Positions 55,205-64,000 of a stretch of 64,000 nt of DNA are shown piece by piece. The first letter of the stretch is position 1. Each line of letters opens with the position of its first letter. Under the pieces are notes generated by a model. The model was given only the letters and a program-made list of their open reading frames with translations, ran no database searches and was not told the DNA's origin. Both the position numbers and the translations under genes were made by a program. The stretch spans positions 62,001-126,000 of the forward strand of contig JALDTO010000212.1 of assembly GCA_023515725.1 (NCBI GenBank). Reading direction: 5' to 3'. Source of the DNA: Amoeboaphelidium protococcarum X5. Taxonomy: Eukaryota; Fungi; Aphelidiomycota.

Positions 55205-57292
55205 TCACTCTGAATTTTTAATAACTTCGACAGTCTCCTCGACAATTTCCTCCACTTCTTCTTCGTACTGCTCCAATTATTCAGCGCCAGATTCTTGATC
55301 GGATTTTGCATTATCACCCAACAATTCAACATGCTCATCCTTTGTTTATAAGGCCCACTTGGCACACTCCGCACGCCATGCTAACCACTCGCTCCTCAGC
55401 GTTGCTCTGTGTTGACGAGCACGCAGATCCATACCACTCTGGAACTTCTTATCCTACTCATCGTACTTCTGGCTGTACTTGCTCAGATTCTTCTTGATAT
55501 TCTTAATCTGCTCTGCACTCAACATCGAAGGTGGTCGAGGTCTCCATTCAGCCATCTTGCATTTAGGTAAGACATTCTTGCTAACAATCTCACCCTTCAT
55601 ATTCCAAATGATGAACCCATTCTCAGATACAATGTTGAAATAGCTAACCAGCGACAACAGATACCTACCACTTGGATCAAATTCAACGCTGGAGGCATTA
55701 AAGTGGGAACATGTACACAGGGGCACAGATAAATCACCTTCAACATCATAAATGTCAAATTCTCCCGCCGACTTCAGAGCGCCAACCACAAAGAATCTTC
55801 CATTCGGAGACCACTTCACCATACTGGCACTCTTGCGCTCCTCAGTGTGCACCTCTTTAATATCCTGCTGCACCTTGGCTACAGTATAAAAGGTTCTACT
55901 ACCATCGGTGCTCAACAATACAAAATGATTACCAGTAGGTTCAAACGCCAGCGAAATGATAGACTTATCTTTCAGGCCCTCATACACCAACACTGGCACT
56001 CCCTTCTCAGTCATATCAAACAGCTCTATATTGGTGAAAGTGCTCTTCTTGGTCTTTGTAAATCTCTCAACCTACGCAGCCATATACTTGCCTTCAGATT
56101 GCCAATGCATTTGCAGGTCGGCGACTAAGAACAAGTTCTTGGTACGAATCACACTCTTACTGCGGACATCAACGACGGCAATCTTGGCAGGAATATTCTT
56201 GTCTTCAGGCACCCAGTACGCCAACTCATCATTACCTGGTCGCCATGCAAAGTCATGTACTTTGCCCAACTTGAGCGTATCTGAAGTCATTCTAGGAAGC
56301 TCGAATACCTCCAGATCGCTCTTGTCATTAAGCTTGGCGACATAGTTCTCAGTGGAAGTGGAAAATTTGAACAGAGGCCAGTTCTTGAAATTGGCTCCAT
56401 CATACTCTAAAGCAGAATCTTCCACCTTGAAAGCACGCAGCAACTTTCCAGTCTTGATGTCCCAGATACGAAGATTATCATCCTTCTAGGTAGATGACTC
56501 TGGACTCCAAGTGGTCAGATAAGACTCTTTGGCACTGAAATCCAATAGTCTCACGTTAGGATGAACAAATCTGGCCATTCTCTCCCAGGACTTGCCACCC
56601 CACAGAGCAATGCCTTGCTTGTGCATAGTGGCGAGATAAGTGCCCTGAGGCGACCACTTGAAAATATTTTCAGTCCAGTTATTACGCGCGTGGATAGGAT
56701 CAATGGCACTGATGTGAGCACTATTCCAATAAATGCACGTCTCTTCACCCACCAGGGTTGCCAATTGGTCCCGAGCCTGGGCATCCATAAGCCAACTGTT
56801 CAACTGCTCCTTCTCCTTAAATGGTTCCTCCACAGGAGCAGTGTATACATCAGGCGTATCCATAATCTTGTCAAAATCAGTCAGTTTAGCGGCGGTAAAC
56901 GTGTGCTTGGCATCCAGTCTCAGTCCATCAATAGATTTGACAGCCTGGGAGGCAACATCTCCAGAGGCGAATTCAACGAACGCGAATCCCTTTGACATTT
57001 TCTTACCACCCTTTGCCTCATCCTCCGCCATTGGCATTGTAATTCCACCTGCACCTAGCTTACCAAACTTTGAAAACTACTTGGTCAACACTGCCAGAAG
57101 CTTACTCTCACGTGCCTCATCAACAACAGGCAGATTATCCACCACGAGAATACTATCCAAAACCTGGGCTTCCTCAGCGTCACCGCCATTCAGCAAACTT
57201 TCATACTTTTTATCCAACTGAGACAGATCAATCTCATCCTCTTCCAAAATAATATCTTCTAATTTGATTTCTTCCTATTACTCCACGGTCAT
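55205..57292 (-). CDS. PRT1: Translation initiation factor eIF3 subunit B, 695 aa
   Basis: RRM (VVDNLPVV, KGFAFVEF), WSPQGTYL, RFVHPNV, RTKNLF, WRPRPP..L, IKKNL.KYS. Confidence 0.93.
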
Positions 57293-57558
57293 TTTGTTAT
57301 GATTCTCAATGAAATTACCAGAAATTATAGCTGTTAGCGTCTAAAGGGTAATTTCAGAGAGAGAGAACGAGTAAAAAAAGCGCTCTGATCTTTAACCGAA
57401 ATTTTGTTGCCCGTCGTCTTGACCCATTTGAAAGCGAGCTTTAAGGATTCATTAACGATGGTTTGTCCAAGGTAATAAGATGTGGTTGGATTACGCGAAT
57501 GACTGTATCAATCAATTTATGTCTATACACTTTTTTACGAGTTAAGTCGGCGGGAATT

Positions 57559-58718
57559 TCATTTATGCACATGAAGCTCTTTGTATCCGCAGAAGAATTC
57601 CTCAATGCGATTTCGCAAGCATTAGATATCTTCATCCGTATTATAGTTTTTCATATGATTCGCGTGGATTGACAGCTCATAGGATGGCGGATACAGCGCA
57701 TAATACTCGTGGTAAAGAATCTACTTATGCAAAGTCTCCTACAGACATCGAGCAGTCATTGAAGTCCAACATCTGGCAGTATTGGCATTGTTGTAACCTC
57801 CAGCGCCAAGTAAGAGCAGAGGAATATTCTGTTACAACAGCAGATCAAGCGTGAAACTCAAATCAGTCAAGTTCAGAGATCGCGTTGAATCATTGGCGAG
57901 ACCATCCGCACCGGCTACGAGAATCACACAATCAGGAGAGAAGTATTTCATACATTCACCTATTACATGGTTGTAGATGTTCTGGTACTAGCATTAAGCC
58001 AGTCCTTCTTTAAGCGGAATATTGAGATTACAAAACTTTCCCTTGCCAGCACCAACTTCTTGTATAGAACCGGTGCCTGGAAAGAATCCAGTTTCAAATC
58101 TGTGAAACGAGACGCAGAAAACACTGTCGCTGTAGTAAAACGCGTCTTGAGTGCCGTCGCCGTGATGCGCGTCAATGTCGATAATGAGGACGCGTTTGAA
58201 GTGACCCCGCAGTCTCAAAGCACTAGTAACAACATCATTAAAGTAGCAGAATCCTGATGCTTCAGCCATTTGAGCATGATGTCTACCACCGTTCCAGTGG
58301 ATGGTTATATCGCATTTATTCTCGATGATATGATCTGCTGCTTATATTGACGCACCACCTAGAAGTTGAATGTACTAGGCCATGTCTTTTACAGGAGGAC
58401 AGTCATCCTGTAATCCATACTATTCATTGAAGCCATCTTCCTATTCGCACTTTAATAAATACTCCACATAGTCAGGGTCATGAAAAGTACATAGATCTTC
58501 CATAGAGACATGTTAAGGTTCTATAATTTCCATCTTTTAGTCCAGACCGTAAGCTTGGATCAATCCATGAACTATTGAAGCCTACATTTACATGAAAATG
58601 TTTGATTAAAGATTGATTAAAGTTATAGCCTTACTCTATTAATATTTTGCGGGAGTTGATCAACCACGGAATTATATTGCTGTGAGTAGATGTAAGCAAC
58701 TCTTTTAAGTATGACCAT
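57559..58718 (-). CDS. Class I histone deacetylase, HDAC8/Hos1-like; intron 58582-58634
   Basis: NRASIVHGLI.AYGL, FHDPDYV, YGL.DDCP, HWNGGRHHA..EASGFCYFND, IDIDAHHGDG, FFPGTG, GADGLAND, GAGGY. Confidence 0.9.
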
Positions 58719-58877
58719 AGTAGTCTTGTTTCAATAATTCAAGTACAGTAAAAATAAGTCGTGAAAAGAAAGGTTAAGCAGTTTTAACTTTTGTCTATAT
58801 TCATCTCATCATCATTGTCATCATCCCCACCACCACCATCACCATCACCATCACCAAAAACAACATTGTAAGTCAAT

Positions 58878-61800
58878 TCATGGTTGTGCCTCTTATTACG
58901 GCACAACTTCTTCTTCACGGCTAAAGAAACCTGGATCCTCCTTCTCCTTTTCACGAAGCAGAGTCAGCTTACTCGGCTTAATCATGTTCTCCATAGTTTG
59001 CATCAGCACATCAGGCAACAGACACACGACGATGGTGAGCAACACTATAATCATGTAGTTGCCTTGGGACTTCAAAGCGTCAAAAAGACCAAAAGCTTCA
59101 TATCCGAGTCCTATTTTCGGCCACATCTGCTAGTAAATGGCTTAAAAGATAAACCAGAGCACGATAGACAGGATAGTCACAAACATTGTCGGCATGGTCC
59201 AAGTTTTAGATTCCACCATTGTGATTTTAAAGTTGATTACAAAAACAACAGCCGTGTATACAATGGTTCCTAGCAAATACATTGAGGTGTCCTATTCACC
59301 ACTAGAAATATCATTTTCAACCAATCCAAAGAAGGACATTGGAATCCAGAACAAGCACACAGCATGAATAGTACAGGCCATGAACCATTTTGCAATTGTA
59401 ACCAGATTGAAGGAGTCATTCTACTATCCAAGACGGTATATAGTTGGAACTTTGAGGAGCACATCTTCATTAAGATCCTTCTCAAAAATACCAATTAAAA
59501 TCACTGGCAAAGATGTGAAGAGCAAGTTGTACAGTGCCAGCGTCCATGACTCATACAACGATGTACCACTTGACACAGTGTACAACTAAAAGATCAACTG
59601 CGTTGCGTAGAAAGTGATGCACTTGTAAAAGCTACCCATAATGAATTTCGACACTCTGAAGTAAGACCAACGACCATGAATCAACAGCAGACGACTCAGA
59701 AATCTGAAGCGGTAAATGTAATAATCACTACTCTTGGCAGCCTGCAGACCCTCTCTACCTGCAATACCAATACCCAAATGAGCTTCTTTCAGCATCGCAA
59801 TATCGTTAGCACCATCACCGATAGCTAAAGTCACAATTTCTCTACCCAGACGAGCCTTCATCATACTGACCATCAACGCCTTCTAAATTGGACTGAATCT
59901 ACAGCAAATAACACCATCACTTACACTAAGCAATTTCACAGTGAGGTGCGCTAGTGATGAGAAATCATTATAGTTTCTAGCAATATTGCCGTTTTCACGG
60001 CGCAACATTTCATGCTAGACCAAACATCTGTCAAAAGTGGTACCGTCTAGTACAACGACAACATGACGTCTGATCTAAGAGGTAGTACCAGCACTACGAG
60101 GAATTGTAGATACAGTCCTGTTATCAGCGCCCTCAATTTCAGTTAAAATCTGATTTATGAAGGATGTATACGTCAAGTCTGTACCACCAATTTTCTTGTA
60201 ATCCAATACATGAACTGTGCTGTTTGGTTTGATCAAATGACACGAGTATCCAATGTTAATAGCAGTTTCGCGCATATCACCAGTCAGCATCCAAATCTTA
60301 ATATTGGCCTTTCTAAGGACATCTAAAGTCTCCTGAACACCATCTTGTAATTAATCCTCAATACCTGTGGCACCCAAAACCTCCAGATCTTTCTCCATAG
60401 CGTCAGCCAGCAATTTCAATGCATACTAGCGATCGTTGGATTGCAGTTGTACCTCATTGTACTTCCTGACCCAATCATCATAATCAGCCTGGGAGATAAT
60501 TTTCTGTGCGTACACCAACGTACGCAAGCCTTCCATGGCAAACTACTTGACATGACCTCTTACTTCATTAGTAGCTCTGTCCAGCGTAAATGCACCGTCG
60601 GTATGAGGAGACACCAAAGACATCTAGTCAACCTTCATTCTTCCCCACATCTCGGTATCTGCACCTTTACACACAAGTCTAATGGAACCATCAGGAAATT
60701 TGTAAATTACACTCATCCTCTTTCTCTCACTGGTAAACTCTAACACTTTTAAGACTTTGAATTACTTATCACCTCCTTGATCTCGCAATCCAGTAGAAAA
60801 TGGATTAGCAATTCTAACTTTAACAGTATCATTGTCTCTGTTCACGAACGTAACACCAAGATCTCGAGTAGCATTCACTATCGCCAACTCATCAGCAGAT
60901 GCAGCTTCATAAATGCTCTCAGTATTAGTCTTCTCCTTATTTCTACTCAAAGTTCCCCTCTTGGTGGTGGCAGTGACATTAGCCAGCTACACAGTGTGAC
61001 ACAGAGACATAGCCAGTGCTAATTTGCTGGCAGGGCTATCTTGCACAAAATTGTGAACATCATCAAATACTTGAGTGCCAGTGACGGTCGGTCCTGTGTT
61101 GGACACAACAACCGACGACACTTTATTTCTACCAAATGTTGACAATCTCTAAGATCTGGGGGTTCCACCAGGCCCAGCATTTAAAGTCAACTCATAGTTC
61201 TACTAACCAGTGGTAAATTTTCGAAATCTCATCACATTCTCAGTCAAAGTACCAGTTTTATCAGAAAATATATAACTGACACGGCCCAGATCTTCATTCA
61301 GAGAGCTGGTATTGGCCACAGCTGCCTGCCCATAATCGTCAGTCATCAGCTAATCACTTTGCATTAAGTATGCCTGGAACAACTTTATGATCTCCATCGT
61401 GACGTACAGGGATATTGGAATCATAGTATTGAACAGAATCAGAAATGTAAAGAATAGCTGTATTCCAGAGCCACCAGTCAAAGATTTTAACTAAAGATAC
61501 GGCATAGTACTTTACCATCTCTCAATCCAGATATTAGCAGACACCGTGCACAGCACAGACAAGACTATGATCAATGCAAAGACACTAATGACCAACAAAT
61601 CTGTGCGTCTAGCCATAACAGGCATCTTGGCTTTATGAACGGATTTTGCATTGATTCTCACCTTGGAATCCTCTCCTGTATAGATAGCCACACCATAAAT
61701 GTAATCTGCGCGTCTCAAACTGCAACCACGAAGAAGCAGTTCATTAATAGTTAAAGGGATCTTTTCCAACTCTTTAGAGCCGCCAAGCGCATACTCAATA

Positions 61801-62732
61801 GCACCTTCAAACTGAATAAGATCACTACTTTACGCCTGAACCTTAATACAGATCTTGGACTGACTTAGCTGGGCTAGAGTTAGATGGGTGAAATCTTTCA
61901 CGGCAAATCTCTACTTCAAAGTGCTCTCTCCATCAAGCGACTTGGTCTCAACATAACAACAATCATCATCAGGCGACACTGCCAATAGAACCATGTCACA
62001 TGGCACCTAGTCTCCTCTCTTCACCACGACAATATCTCCTACTTGGATATCCTATCTTGCAACCTTCTTCGTCTGCAGACCATCTCCATCTGCAGACACA
62101 CCAGAGTGGAACACATTCTTCATCAGGATATCGAAATCTTTCTCGACTGCGTCCACGTGTCTCATCAGCTCACTGTACGATGCAATGTCTGGATCAGTCG
62201 TAAACTTTGAACGGGCCACCTCAACTTGAGCCTAATTCTCGGCTGAGTCCTGCAGATGCCTCTTGAAGTCATCATACGCCTCCCTCAGCATTGACAACGA
62301 GACAAAGAGGATCAGTGGAGCTACGGTAGTGTACTTCCCAGTAGGACTCAAGCCGGGAATCTGTTACAGAATCGAGATGAGCAGAAAATAAATGTTGGCC
62401 ACCTTGCTGAACTGATACACCGCCTGCAGAGGAATAAAGTTGTACCATGTATATAGAGCAGAGGTCACACGATTGTCTTTGAACTGCTCATACGCCTGAT
62501 ACTTGTACTTGTTACCGCCTCCTCGGTGTTTCAGCTACTGTCTCGACTCGGCAGCCGCACCAATTTTGAAAATCTTCGAAACCAGACGCTCAATCAGAGA
62601 AGTTGTGATCTTGGGATCATATGCAAAGGAATAGTATCTATTCAGAGCTCCGGTGAATATCACACGGCCAGCCTAAGCCATGGACAGGTTGGAGTGGGTT
62701 GACTTGTTTTCCACAGCTGTCTATGAAGGCAT
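58878..62732 (-). CDS. P4-type phospholipid-translocating ATPase (Dnf3-like), ~1284 aa
   Basis: [63 protein letters not shown]. Confidence 0.93.
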
Positions 62733-63103
62733 TTCGTTTGTAATTTTTACTGATATCTCAGGTGGATCTATAAAAATAAGTTGCAATAACAGGTGGACAC
62801 AAAAGGTTGTTGAGATGAGCCTGTTGCTAGACTCGGAAATCGGTGTATAAAAATAGCATTACCACCCGCATGATTATCAATCGCGCGTTCATAATAATGG
62901 AGAATAATAAAGAGCACAGGAGCGTTCTTGGTGGAATTTGTTCTTCTTGCTGATATAGTGCGCGTTTTTAGATCTCTTTGGTGACGATTTCTCTTCTCTT
63001 GCCTCTCTCTCATTAGCGCTCTAAATCTCTATTTTGTTCCCTTAGAAAGAAAGGACGGGAGAGAGAGAGAATTTTTCAGTTCTAAATTACCAAAAAAACT
63101 ATC

Positions 63104-64000
63104 ATGATCACCTCATCTTAGAAATATTTAAAGTAAGTTTTTCATTTATTATTCAGCATTTATTGCATGATTTAATTGTGTAGAGTCGCTTCATTGAAGA
63201 GAATTGGAGCGAGCCGTGTGTTGTCCAATCGCTGGTATGCGCACAAGGTCATCAAGGTTCCTTAGATGGCGGACAGTATCACTGAGGGAGAACTGGCTCG
63301 CTGGGAGAAGAAAGTTGGTGAGTACGTAAAGTAGGACGAGTTGATGGCCACTATTGAGACTGACAAGGTGGATGTCTAGTTTAACAGTCCAGAGTCTGGT
63401 GTCGTTGTGGAGCAATTCTTTAAGGAGGGAGATAGTGTGCAAACTGGTCAAGATTTTTACAAGCTTGACTTGGACGGAAAGCCGTCAGAGTCATCTTCAT
63501 CTAGTTAAAGTCAGGATAAGAGCGAGTCGAAGCAGCAGCAGGAATAGGCAGTTTCTTCCACTTCTACTGCATCCACTTAGTCAGAGTAGAAGACTGAGTA
63601 ATCTGAGCCAGTTGCACCCAAGGAGAAGGCATCTTCATCGAGTGGTGAAGAACGCGTTTACTCAAGCAAGGCTTCCACCTCTTAAAGCGCACCTGCTCCA
63701 TCCAAACCTCAGGCTCAAGTAGACGCTTAACCATTGGTATTTAAAGAAGGCTTGGTACCGGGAACTTATCCTCTTCCTGAAGCTTTCAGAGGAGAGAGAC
63801 GCGTGAAGATGAACAGAATGAGACAGCGTATCGCTGAGAGATTGAAGTAGAGTTAGAATACCGCCGCATCTCTGACCACCTTCAATGAGGTTGATATGTC
63901 CAGTTTGATGGAGTTCCGCAGCAAGTACAAGGATGAGGTATTTAAGTAGCACGGCGTTAAGCTAGGATTCATGAGTGCTTTTGTTAAGGCATCTGTGGCT
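63104..64000 (+). CDS. KGD2: Dihydrolipoamide succinyltransferase (2-oxoglutarate dehydrogenase E2), 5' part; intron 63133-63183
   Basis: Mitochondrial presequence, lipoyl domain MADSITEG...IETDK, then [36 protein letters not shown] and KLGFMSAFVKA. Confidence 0.93.

Overview
Gene-dense eukaryotic (fungus-related, holomycotan) nuclear DNA that uses a non-standard genetic code: TAA and TAG encode Gln and TGA is the only stop. This is why the supplied standard-code ORF track is fragmented. Re-read with TAR=Gln, the window holds about 33 genes, some with short (51-74 nt) GT-AG introns. In order: CHD7-like remodeller (3' end), RhoGEF, dienelactone hydrolase, DDI1, cystinosin, a hevein mini-protein, a class I heme peroxidase, a GATA factor, MIX23, HEN1, NSE1, an ETR1-type ethylene-receptor histidine kinase, MRPS16, ZPR1, SYF2-like, FIG4, a GH32 fructofuranosidase, a 4CXXC zinc-finger protein, TMEM184, transketolase, Clr2, NDR/Cbk1 kinase, Zip3/RNF212, a SAP protein, NEK6/7, a coiled-coil gene with an internal TGA, a Crinkler pseudogene, SulP, eIF3b, HDAC8-like, a P4-ATPase and KGD2 (5' end). 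The code plus the gene content suggest an aphelid such as Amoeboaphelidium (inference). The most striking structure is a 4.5-kb DNA transposon (9226-13711) with 41-bp imperfect terminal inverted repeats. It encodes an intact DDE transposase and, convergently, an intact alpha-kinase (eEF2K/MHCK fold) cargo. Also notable: all 16 coding introns I could place end in TGTAG. All coordinates and translations were made by hand; no database searches were run.
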